The notes below the pieces were generated by a model. The model worked only from the letters and a program-made list of their open reading frames with translations, was not told the origin of the DNA and searched no databases. From positions 1-36,807 of IMG/VR virus record IMGVR_UViG_3300037422_000161: DNA of 36,807 bases; one strand, given 5' to 3'. A program made the translations under genes and the position numbers. This document shows, piece after piece, positions 1 through 7,957 of this stretch (position 1 is its first letter; every line of letters starts with the position of its first letter). The DNA comes from a virus (taxonomy: Duplodnaviria; Caudoviricetes).

Positions 1-366
1 CGGGTCTACGGCTCCGCGCGGGTCCACGACTACGCGCGGGTCCACGGCTCCGCGCAGGTCTACGGCTCCACGCAGGTCCACGGCTCCGCGCAGGTCTACG
101 GCCACGGCGACATCGCGGACACGCGCGACTACCTCACGCTCGGCCCGGTCGGCTCGCGGCTGGGATGCCTGACGCTGCACCGCGACCGCGAGTTGGGCGT
201 CCGGATCGTCGCGGGCTGCTGGCACGGCAGCCTGGCCGCGTTCCTGTCGCGGCTCACGGATATTGACGCACACCGGCTCTATCGCCGGGTCGTGCCGCAG
301 TTGGTCGAGGAGCTGCGGGCGCGGATGACGCCGATCGTGGTCCCGGCGCCGGGAGGTGGGGAGTGA
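1..366 (+). CDS. Partial phage hexapeptide-repeat (left-handed beta-helix-like) protein, 5' truncated
   Basis: Frame 1 reads RVYGSARVHDYARVHGSAQVYGSTQVHGSAQVYG then LGPVGSR...IVAGCWHGSLAAF; TGA at 364-366. Not in the ORF track because it lacks a start. Confidence 0.75.
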   Translation, partial: RVYGSARVHDYARVHGSAQVYGSTQVHGSAQVYGHGDIADTRDYLTLGPVGSRLGCLTLHRDRELGVRIVAGCWHGSLAAFLSRLTDIDAHRLYRRVVPQLVEELRARMTPIVVPAPGGGE

Positions 367-406
367 GGGTCGGCCACATCCGCGCGTTCCGCGGGGAGTG
401 CGGGCG

Positions 407-1075
407 GTGACGCCCTACTACGAGCGCGACGGGATCACGATCTACTGCGGGGATTGTCGGGAGTTGATGCCGCGAATCAAATGCGACGTTGTGGTGACCG
501 ACCCGCCGTATGGCGTAGCGCTCGGAAGGGAGCGCCCGTCACGGATGAACAAGGTCGGGGGGCTGATCGTCGGAGACGACTCTCTATTCGACCCGCGTGC
601 CGTTCTGGCCCTCGGACTTCCGTCTGTACTGTGGGGTGCCAACGCCTACGCCGACACGCTACCTCGGTCTACCGGGTGGCTCGTCTGGGACAAGACGCAC
701 GCCGAAACGTGCGAGCACTCTCAGGCCGAGTTGGCATGGACGAGCGCGGCCATCGGAATCCGCGTCCATCGCGAGGCGTACCACGGGTTCATGCGTAGGG
801 CGGACGGATGGCTGCACCCGACGCAGAAGCCGCCGCGGCTGATGGCATGGTGCATGTCGCTCCGACCGTTCTCGGCCGGCACCGTCCTCGACCCCTTCAT
901 GGGCTCCGGCACGACGCTCGTCGCGGCCAAGCGGCTCGGCCGCCGCGCAATCGGAATCGAGATCGAGGAGCGTTACTGCGAGATCGCGGCCAAGCGGCTG
1001 GAGCAGACCGTGATTCGCTTCGACGACGCGCCGCCGCCGCCCGAGCAGCCGGCGCTCGACATGGGGGAACGGTGA
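407..1075 (+). CDS. Site-specific DNA methyltransferase (N4-C/N6-A, beta class)
   Basis: VTDPPY catalytic motif, HPTQKP and VLDPFMGSGTT SAM-binding motif; GTG 407 follows GGGGAG. Confidence 0.92.
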   Translation: MTPYYERDGITIYCGDCRELMPRIKCDVVVTDPPYGVALGRERPSRMNKVGGLIVGDDSLFDPRAVLALGLPSVLWGANAYADTLPRSTGWLVWDKTHAETCEHSQAELAWTSAAIGIRVHREAYHGFMRRADGWLHPTQKPPRLMAWCMSLRPFSAGTVLDPFMGSGTTLVAAKRLGRRAIGIEIEERYCEIAAKRLEQTVIRFDDAPPPPEQPALDMGER

Positions 1076-1266
1076 GCGACGACCGAGACGGAAGGCGCGT
1101 CCGCTGGGCGCTGTGGTGGCAGTGGCCGCCGCGGCTGCGATGGGCGGAGTGGTGGTCGATCCCGACCGGGAACGGGATCCGGCTGCACTACGCGACCGCC
1201 TGGACGGTCGGCCCGGTCACGCTGGCGCGGTACGTCGATTGGGCGAGGCCGAGGAACCTGAACTGA
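1072..1266 (+). CDS. Small Trp-rich hypothetical protein
   Basis: GTGA overlap with the methylase stop; MSDDRDGRRVRWALWWQW... Confidence 0.5.
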   Translation: MSDDRDGRRVRWALWWQWPPRLRWAEWWSIPTGNGIRLHYATAWTVGPVTLARYVDWARPRNLN

Positions 1267-1486
1267 ATCACCCGCGGCCGAGCGGGGAGGGGAGTTGATG
1301 GGAACGCACACGACGCTCGAGATCGTGGAGATGGCCGAGGCGGTGACCGACGCGCTCAGGTGCGCCGGGCTGTTTCTGACCGAGCACCCGACGAATCGCA
1401 GCGTGACCCGCCAAGACCTGAACGCCGAGGCGCTCGCGGCTTGCTTGCTGGACGTGCTGAAACGCTGAATCACCCGCGGCCGAGCG
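1263..1486. repeat. 22-bp direct repeat CTGAATCACCCGCGGCCGAGCG (1263-1284, 1465-1486)
   Basis: Exact duplicate; each copy contains the TGA stop of the preceding ORF and is followed by an SD. Confidence 0.9.
1298..1468 (+). CDS. Small hypothetical protein (56 aa) bracketed by the 22-bp repeats
   Basis: GGAGGGGAG SD, ATG 1298, MGTHTTLEIVEMAEAVTDALRCAG...LLDVLKR*. Confidence 0.6.
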   Translation: MGTHTTLEIVEMAEAVTDALRCAGLFLTEHPTNRSVTRQDLNAEALAACLLDVLKR

Positions 1487-1503
1487 CCGCGAAGGAGGAA
1501 GGG

Positions 1504-1866
1504 ATGGACGAATTCGGATCGTCAGTGGAGCCACCGGCGCAGGATGCAGGTACCGATGGCTGCGGCCATGCCTACCTGGAGAGCGTTGGCCGTGGAGAGC
1601 TGGCTGGTACGACAGAACGCGAGCGCCTGACCTTTCGGTTCGGTTTCGATGCCGCTCTACGCATGGCGTCGTCAGAGATCAGGAAACATCTCACTGGTGG
1701 TTGGAGAGGGGTGCCTGATGCCACATGCGCCCTGTCGGAGAAGGTCCTGGCTCTTAGCGGGACTGTGATGAACCAGACGCCGGGACCGAGCGAGCAGGGC
1801 GACGACGACGAGATCGCCCAGGCCGACCTGGAGCAGGACGAGGACGACGGCGGCGACGAAGAGTAG
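1504..1866 (+). CDS. Hypothetical protein with acidic C-terminal tail
   Basis: AAGGAGG SD, ATG 1504; ends DDDEIAQADLEQDEDDGGDEE. Confidence 0.55.
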   Translation: MDEFGSSVEPPAQDAGTDGCGHAYLESVGRGELAGTTERERLTFRFGFDAALRMASSEIRKHLTGGWRGVPDATCALSEKVLALSGTVMNQTPGPSEQGDDDEIAQADLEQDEDDGGDEE

Positions 1867-1958
1867 CCCACCGGGGCCCGGCCGCCTGCCCACCCGCGTG
1901 CACACCGCGGACCACGGAGGCCGGGCCCCAATTCCAGACGCCCGTAACGGAGGACCCC

Positions 1959-2045
1959 ATGATCCCACTGTCCCAGATCGCAGAATCGAAGCTCAACCCC
2001 CGCAAGTCCATGGACCCCGCGCAGCTCGCCGAGGCCAAGGCGTAG
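1959..2045 (+). pseudogene. Truncated ParB-N-like fragment (28 aa)
   Basis: GGAGG SD; MIPLSQIAESKLNPRKSMDPAQLAEAKA* resembles the start of ParB/Srx domains (IPL..I.....NPRK.F....L.EL). Confidence 0.5.
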
Positions 2046-2055
2046 TTTTTCTGTC

Positions 2056-3615
2056 GTGCTCCGCCCCTACCAGGCCGAAGCCGTCGAGCAGGTCCTCGCC
2101 TCCCTGGACCGCAGGCCGATCCTCGTCCTGCCGACCGGGGCAGGGAAGACCTACACCGCGGTCGAAGTCGCACGCCGCGTCGCGGAGATGCGCCCAGGCG
2201 CCCGCTGCCTCTGGCTGGCCCACCGGCGCGAGCTGATCGGACAGGCCGCGCAGTCGCTGTACCGCGCGGGCGCGACCGACCTCGGTATCGTCATGGCCGG
2301 CGTGGACCCGAGGCCACGCGCCGCGGTCCAGGTCGCGAGCGTGCAGACGCTCGCCCGCCGCGCGGCGCCCGAGGGCGTCGGGCTGATCGTCTGCGACGAA
2401 TGCCATCACGCCCGCGCGACCACCTACCAGCGGATCTTCGCCGCGTACCCGGGCGTCCCGATCCTCGGCCTCACCGCGACGCCGTTTCGCACCGACGGCC
2501 GCGGCCTCGGCGACGTCTTCGGTGAGATCGTCGTCGGCGCGTGGCCTGACGACCTCTGCCGCGACGGCACGCTGATCGAGCCCGTCGTCTACGTCCCGGA
2601 GTCGCCGGACCTCGCCGGCGTCCACGTACAGCACGGCGACTACCACCTCGGCGAACTCGGCGCGCGGATGATGAAGGGCAAGCTCGTCGGGGACATCGTT
2701 GGGCAGTGGCGGCGACGCGCCGGCGCGGGCGACAGGAGACGACGTACCGTCGTGTTCGCGGTCCACGTCGCGCACTCCAGGCAGCTCGTGGCCGCGTTCC
2801 GCGCGGCCGGCATCGCCGCGGAGCACCTGGACGGCGACACCCCGGTCCGCCAGCGCGAGGCGCTGCTCCACCGGCTGCGCACCGGGTACACGCGCGTGGT
2901 CTCCCAGTGCAACGTGCTGACCGAGGGCTGGGACCTGCCGGCGCTCGAGGTCGCGGTGATCGCCAGGCCGACCGCGTCGCTATGCCTCCATTGCCAGATG
3001 GTCGGGAGGATCATGCGCAGCGCGCCCGACAAGGCCGGCGCGCTCGTCCTCGACCACGCCGGCAACCACCTGCGGCACGGCACGGTGACGCAGCGCCTCG
3101 ACTACTCGCTCGCGGACGGCGCCGCGACACGGCCGCGGGCCGACGCGGAGCCCGCGATGCGCCGCTGCCCGGAATGCTTCCTCCTCGTCGCGCCAGGCGC
3201 GCCGTCGTGCCCCGGGTGCGGCGCGCAGATGGGTCGCTCCCGCGAGGTGCGACACGTACCGGGCGAACTGGTGGAGATGGGCGCCGCGATCGGCGGCGAG
3301 CCGCGGCCGCGGCCGCCCGTCGCGGTCCAGCAGGCCGCGTGGGACGCGATCGAGGCGCAACGCGAGGCCCGCGGATTCAAGGAGGGCTGGGCGTTCTTGC
3401 GCTTCGAGGCGCGCTTCGGCTTCCGCCCGCTCGTCCACGAGGGTGTCGTGTGCGACCCCTCGACGTGCGGCGAGAGCGTGCGCGCGTCCGTGTACGAGCG
3501 GCTGGTGGCAGTCGCACAAGAGAAAGGGTACAAGGCGGGATGGGCGGGCTACCAATACAAGACGATGTTCGGTGTCTGGCCGCGCCGACGCGCGGCCGCT
3601 GGAGGTGGGACGTGA
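2056..3615 (+). CDS. SF2 DEAD/DEAH-box helicase with C-terminal Zn finger
   Basis: LRPYQ Q-motif, PTGAGKT Walker A, DECHH, GLTATPFR, VLTEGWDLP, QMVGRIMR, CPEC...CPGCG. Confidence 0.95.
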   Translation: MLRPYQAEAVEQVLASLDRRPILVLPTGAGKTYTAVEVARRVAEMRPGARCLWLAHRRELIGQAAQSLYRAGATDLGIVMAGVDPRPRAAVQVASVQTLARRAAPEGVGLIVCDECHHARATTYQRIFAAYPGVPILGLTATPFRTDGRGLGDVFGEIVVGAWPDDLCRDGTLIEPVVYVPESPDLAGVHVQHGDYHLGELGARMMKGKLVGDIVGQWRRRAGAGDRRRRTVVFAVHVAHSRQLVAAFRAAGIAAEHLDGDTPVRQREALLHRLRTGYTRVVSQCNVLTEGWDLPALEVAVIARPTASLCLHCQMVGRIMRSAPDKAGALVLDHAGNHLRHGTVTQRLDYSLADGAATRPRADAEPAMRRCPECFLLVAPGAPSCPGCGAQMGRSREVRHVPGELVEMGAAIGGEPRPRPPVAVQQAAWDAIEAQREARGFKEGWAFLRFEARFGFRPLVHEGVVCDPSTCGESVRASVYERLVAVAQEKGYKAGWAGYQYKTMFGVWPRRRAAAGGGT

Positions 3616-3631
3616 CCGACGTCCCGGCGAC

Positions 3632-3955
3632 ATGATCGGACGGCGGTTCGGGCGCTTGGTCGTTCTCCGTGATTCTGGTCTCCGCGGTCGGTCCGGCGAG
3701 ATTAAATACGAATGCGTTTGCGATTGCGGACAGATCTCTGTGTGTCGCGGCTCCTCGTTGCGCTACGGCAGCACAAGGAGCTGCGGGTGCGCCCGGACCG
3801 AGGCGCTCCGAAGACGCCTGCCGCCGGGGGCCTCTATGCCTGGCTCTCACCTTAAGTCCGGGAACACCAAGTCGTGCGGTTGCCTCAAGAGGGAGATCGC
3901 CCGAGACACCATCAAGGCCAGGATTCGTGAGGCGATGAAGGACCGCGAACCATGA
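3632..3955 (+). CDS. HNH/AP2-endonuclease-associated Cys-rich N-terminal domain without nuclease domain
   Basis: GRRFGRLVV...CVCDCG...LRYGSTRSCGC and a second LKSGNTKSCGC; lower GC than neighbours. Confidence 0.7.
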   Translation: MIGRRFGRLVVLRDSGLRGRSGEIKYECVCDCGQISVCRGSSLRYGSTRSCGCARTEALRRRLPPGASMPGSHLKSGNTKSCGCLKREIARDTIKARIREAMKDREP

Positions 3956-4125
3956 CGCCCGCAGACTTCCGCGACCTCGTCTCCCGGATGCGCGCCGCGC
4001 AACGCGACTACTTCCGCTCGCGCAGCCCCGCGGCGCTCCGCCTCTCGATCGACCTCGAGCGCCAGGTCGACGCGGAGCTGCGGAGCGAGCCGGGGCTCTT
4101 CGACGACCCGGTAGCGCATGGGTGA
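3952..4125 (+). CDS. Small phage helical protein
   Basis: ATGA coupling; MTPADFRDLVSRMRAAQRDYFRSRSPAALRLSIDLERQVDAEL. Confidence 0.65.
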   Translation: MTPADFRDLVSRMRAAQRDYFRSRSPAALRLSIDLERQVDAELRSEPGLFDDPVAHG

Positions 4126-4501
4126 CACCGTCGACCGCCGTGCCGACGAGCGCAGCGCTGCCCGCCGCCGCGCCGACGAGCGGCCGGCCCAACGCGCGAT
4201 CCTCAACTGGCTCGGCTCGAGACCGTGGTGCCGCGCCTGGCGCTCCACTACCGGCGTGTTCGTCACGCCCGACGGCCTGCGCGTCGTCAGCGTCAACCTT
4301 CCGGGCGCGGCCGACATCACTGGCATCCTGCGCGGAGGACGGCGCCTCGAGGTCGAGGTCAAGTCCGCGACCGGGCGGCAGTCCGGAAAGCAACGCGCGT
4401 TCGAGCGCATGGTCACCGCGATGGGCGGCGTCTATCTCGTCGCCCGAACCGTCGAGGAAGTCCGCGTGCAGCTCGCGGCGATGGGGTACGGGGATGGGTG
4501 A
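4118..4501 (+). CDS. VRR-NUC (PD-(D/E)xK) nuclease, probable Holliday-junction resolvase
   Basis: PGAADITG...LEVEVKSATGRQSGKQRAF...GGVYLVART. Confidence 0.88.
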   Translation: MGDTVDRRADERSAARRRADERPAQRAILNWLGSRPWCRAWRSTTGVFVTPDGLRVVSVNLPGAADITGILRGGRRLEVEVKSATGRQSGKQRAFERMVTAMGGVYLVARTVEEVRVQLAAMGYGDG

Positions 4502-6947
4502 CCGGGGACGCGGCGTCAACGAGGTCCTGCTCTCCGAGGCCCGCGCCGCGCTCGCGCGTGGCTGGGCCCTGATCCCGCTCAACGGCAAGGTCCCGCTGCA
4601 GCTCGGGTGGAGCACCGCGCCGCACGCGACCGAGGCCGACGTGACGGCGTGGGTCGCGGCGGGACACAACCTCGGGCTGCGCACCGGGGCCGCGTCGGGC
4701 GTGTTCGTCGTCGACGTCGACACCGCCAAGGGCGGCGACACGTCCGCGCTCGAGCTGCCCGACACCCCCATGGTCCTGACCGGCGGGGGCGGGCGGCACC
4801 TCTACTACCGCGCGCCCGAGCCGTGCCCCGGCAACAGCGCGTCGAAGCTCGCGCCCCACGTCGACACCCGCGGCGACGGAGGCCAGGTCGTGTTCGTCGG
4901 CTCCCTGCACCCCGTCACGGGGCAGCGGTACGAGTGGGGCCCTGGGCAGACCCCGGAGGACATCGACCTCGCGGTGCTCCCGCTCGAGGTCCTCGCGCGC
5001 CTGCTGGACCGCCAGTCCTCCCCCGCGGCCCCACGGTCGGCCCCGACACCCGCGGCCGACCGGTACGCCGGCGCCGCGCTCGTCGGCGAGACCCGCGCGG
5101 TCGCGGAGGCGCCACGCGGCGCACGCAACCAGACGCTCAACCGCGCGGCGTTCTCTCTCGGCCAGCTCGTCGCCGGCGGCGTCCTGCAGCAGTACACCGC
5201 CGAGTCGGCCCTGATCGGCGCCGCGGCCGCGTGCGGCCTCACGGCCGACGACGGCGAGTCCGCGGTTCTCGCCACCATCCGCTCCGGGCTCTCCGCGGGG
5301 TCCGGGTCGCCGCGCACCGCGCCAGAGCGGCCGGCGCCACGCGCGACACGCCGCGGCCTGCACGCCGTCCCGGCGGCGGGCGCGCCAGAGCCGCCGCCCG
5401 ATCAGATGCCGGCGCCGCCGAGCATCCTGGTCCCCGGCCCGCACCTGGACGCCGCGGGAGAGTTCCACGAGGTCGGGGTCGACGACTTCTGTGCCGCGGT
5501 GCTCGCGGTGGTGCCCGCGGGCGCGATCTACCGCCGCGCGGGCGTCGCGGGCGAGCTCGACGGGCCCCCGGGCGAACGGCGCTTCCGCGAGCTGACGAAC
5601 AGCCGCACCCGGTCGATCGTCGACCAGCACTGCCGGCTCGTCCGCTGGGTCCGCAAGCGCGGCGCCCCGGTCACATCCGAGCTGTACGAGTCATGCGGCC
5701 GCGACCTCGCGACCGTGGTCCTCGACGCGGCCGCGACCGCCGCGGCCGTCCGCGAGCTCCGGATGCTCGTCAGCTACCCGGTCTACACAGGCGAGGACGT
5801 CACCCCGGTGGCGGCCGGCTGGAACGCCGACTCCGGCGTCTACTACGACGAGCCTCCGGCCCTCGCCGGCACGGTGCCGGAGGACGACCCGGCCAGGATC
5901 CGCGCGGTCCTCGACGACATGGTCGTGGACTTCCCTTTCGCGGCCGATGCCGACCGGGACAACTTCCTCGGCCTGTTGCTGACCCCTATGCTCCGCCCGG
6001 CGATCGACGGCAACGTCCCGCTGCACTTGATCGTCTCCACGATCGAGCGGGCCGGCAAAACCAAGCTGGCCGAGCAGGTCCTCGGCCTCACGGTGCTGGG
6101 CCGGGAGACCCCCCCGATGCAACTCGGAGGCAGCGACGAGGAACGCGACAAGCGCATCCTGGCCTGCCTCCGCGCCGGCGACACGATCGTGCACGTCGAC
6201 AACGTCCGCGAGTTCCTCGACTCCGCCGCGCTCGCGTCGCTCCTGACCGGCCGCTACTACTCCGGCCGCGTCCTCGGCCACTCCGAGGTCGTGGCGGTCG
6301 AGAACCGCACCACGCTCGTCGCGACCGGCAACGCGGTCGAGGGCTCCCCGGAGATCGTCAAGCGCATCATCCCGATCCGCCTGCAGCCGAACACGGACGA
6401 GCCGGAGGCCCGGCGCGACTTCCGCCACCCCGACCTCCCGGGCTACATACGTGAGTCCCGCCCCCAGGTGATCGCCGCCCTCCAGGGCGCGGTGGAGCTG
6501 TGGCGTGCCGGCGGCCGCTGGCGCTACCCCCGGCCGATCGGTGGATTCGAGAGCTGGACGGCGATCGTCGGCGGCGTCATGGCCGCCGCGGGCCGCATGC
6601 ACTGGCTCGGCAACGTGGAGCGCTGGCGGCGCGCCGCTGACCCGCAGAGCGAAGACCTGCGCGCGCTGGTCGAGGAGTGGGGAGTCAGGTACGGGGAGCT
6701 CGAGGTCACGCCGGCGCAGCTCCTTAAGGTCGCGGACGAGATCGGTGTGTTCGGCGGCATCCTACGCCAGCCGACCGAGAGGGGGCGGCTGACGGCGTTC
6801 GGGATGCGGGTCCTGCGTCGAAACGTCGGCCGGGTCGTCGGCGAGGTCGCCATACGGTTCGTGCAGAGCGGGAATAGCAGGCTGTTCCTCCTAGATCGGG
6901 ACCTTTCAAGTCCCGAGGGTCCCGAAGGTCCCGGCCGAAATCCTTGA
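4494..6947 (+). CDS. Bifunctional primase-polymerase (Prim-Pol) with C-terminal NTPase/helicase-like domain
   Basis: GWALIPL.GKVP, NLGLRTG, VVDVD, TGGGGRHLYY, DTRGDGGQVV, RNQTLNRAAFSLGQ; C-terminal RAGKTKLA and VHVDNV. ATG 4494 overlaps the VRR-NUC end. Confidence 0.88.
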   Translation: MGDRGRGVNEVLLSEARAALARGWALIPLNGKVPLQLGWSTAPHATEADVTAWVAAGHNLGLRTGAASGVFVVDVDTAKGGDTSALELPDTPMVLTGGGGRHLYYRAPEPCPGNSASKLAPHVDTRGDGGQVVFVGSLHPVTGQRYEWGPGQTPEDIDLAVLPLEVLARLLDRQSSPAAPRSAPTPAADRYAGAALVGETRAVAEAPRGARNQTLNRAAFSLGQLVAGGVLQQYTAESALIGAAAACGLTADDGESAVLATIRSGLSAGSGSPRTAPERPAPRATRRGLHAVPAAGAPEPPPDQMPAPPSILVPGPHLDAAGEFHEVGVDDFCAAVLAVVPAGAIYRRAGVAGELDGPPGERRFRELTNSRTRSIVDQHCRLVRWVRKRGAPVTSELYESCGRDLATVVLDAAATAAAVRELRMLVSYPVYTGEDVTPVAAGWNADSGVYYDEPPALAGTVPEDDPARIRAVLDDMVVDFPFAADADRDNFLGLLLTPMLRPAIDGNVPLHLIVSTIERAGKTKLAEQVLGLTVLGRETPPMQLGGSDEERDKRILACLRAGDTIVHVDNVREFLDSAALASLLTGRYYSGRVLGHSEVVAVENRTTLVATGNAVEGSPEIVKRIIPIRLQPNTDEPEARRDFRHPDLPGYIRESRPQVIAALQGAVELWRAGGRWRYPRPIGGFESWTAIVGGVMAAAGRMHWLGNVERWRRAADPQSEDLRALVEEWGVRYGELEVTPAQLLKVADEIGVFGGILRQPTERGRLTAFGMRVLRRNVGRVVGEVAIRFVQSGNSRLFLLDRDLSSPEGPEGPGRNP

Positions 6948-7070
6948 AGACGGGACCTCGGAACCTTTTAGACCTCTCCCCCTCAGTGCATGGAGAGTAC
7001 ATAGGGATTTCCCCTATGTGTACGCGTATGCAAGTGGCGGGAGAAGCCCCCGGAGGTCCACTAGGTCCCG
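6897..7070. repeat. Putative replication origin: (A/G)GGTCCCG-type iterons in both orientations around an AT-richer palindrome
   Basis: Copies at 6897, 6908, 6917, 6926, 6951, 6959, 7054 and 7063; inverted repeat ACATAGGG/CCCTATGT at 6999-7019. Confidence 0.6.
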
Positions 7071-7083
7071 CGGAGCCGGATCC

Positions 7084-7335
7084 GTGAGCCGCCCCGCTCC
7101 ACGCTGCCCCATCTGCGGCCTGCGTCCGCCCCGTAACCTCGAGGCCGCGACCTGCAACCCATGCCGCGGAGCCGTCGACGAGCTCCGGCGGCTACCACCA
7201 GCCGACCGCGCTCGCGCACTCGCCCACGCGCTGATCCGCGTCCGCCGCTGCTGGGCCGCACTGCACGGCGAGCAGGCGGTACAGGCGAACCTCGGAGCCC
7301 CGCCGCGGGTGGCAGGAAAGCCTGCCAGATCTTGA
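7084..7335 (+). CDS. Small Zn-finger protein
   Basis: GTG 7084 after GGAG; CPICG...CNPC. Confidence 0.55.
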   Translation: MSRPAPRCPICGLRPPRNLEAATCNPCRGAVDELRRLPPADRARALAHALIRVRRCWAALHGEQAVQANLGAPPRVAGKPARS

Positions 7336-7361
7336 CGGCTCCCCGATGTCGGGTGTAGCCA
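7332..7361 (+). promoter_or_regulatory. Candidate late promoter upstream of the terminase genes
   Basis: TTGACG -35, spacer containing palindrome CCCGA-TG-TCGGG, then GGGTGTAGCCAT; weak -10. Confidence 0.35.
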
Positions 7362-7405
7362 TGCTCGCGCGAGAGTCCCCGGGAGATGCCCCATGAGCCG
7401 TCGCG

Positions 7406-7957
7406 ATTGACGCACGCACCCCATCCGGCCCACGGACACCCGGCCCACGGACGATCTGTGGGGCCAAGAACCGGCGTGGCCACCCATGTGGGAACCGCCC
7501 TATCGCCGGGCGGAAGCGCTGCCGGATGCACGGGGGAAACCAGCACAAACTACCCGAGGGGCAGCGCGGCGGGGCGAAACCGACGAGCTTCCTGTACCGC
7601 CGCCACCTCCACGCGAGCGAGCGGGAGGCTTTCGACGCCGCCGCCGTTGACTCGATCGACGACGAGATCCGGCTGGCCAAAGCGAACCTCGACGCGGCGG
7701 TTAAGGCTTGGGCCGCCGATCCTCGAGGTGGGGTTGTCCAGTCGCGGGGGGACAGCGTCATCCGCGAGCGCCTGTGGTTCGATATCGTCCGCGAGCACGT
7801 CGAGTGCGTCGCGAAGCTCCTCCGCACGAGGATTGCGATGGGCCTCGGCTCCGGCGGTGGCGAGGAAGACATCGATGGGTACGAGTCGTGGCTAGCGGCG
7901 CAGCGTGCCGGGGGACCGCCCGCCGAACCACCCGGCTCGTCGTCGGGTGCGTCCTGA
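7406..7957 (+). CDS. terS: Terminase small subunit with HGGxSTG-like Zn-binding N-terminus; start uncertain
   Basis: Frame upstream of ATG 7526 encodes ICGAKNRRGHPCGNRPIAGRKRCRMHGG; SIDDEIRL motif; directly precedes terL. Confidence 0.7.
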   Translation: MDARTPSGPRTPGPRTICGAKNRRGHPCGNRPIAGRKRCRMHGGNQHKLPEGQRGGAKPTSFLYRRHLHASEREAFDAAAVDSIDDEIRLAKANLDAAVKAWAADPRGGVVQSRGDSVIRERLWFDIVREHVECVAKLLRTRIAMGLGSGGGEEDIDGYESWLAAQRAGGPPAEPPGSSSGAS

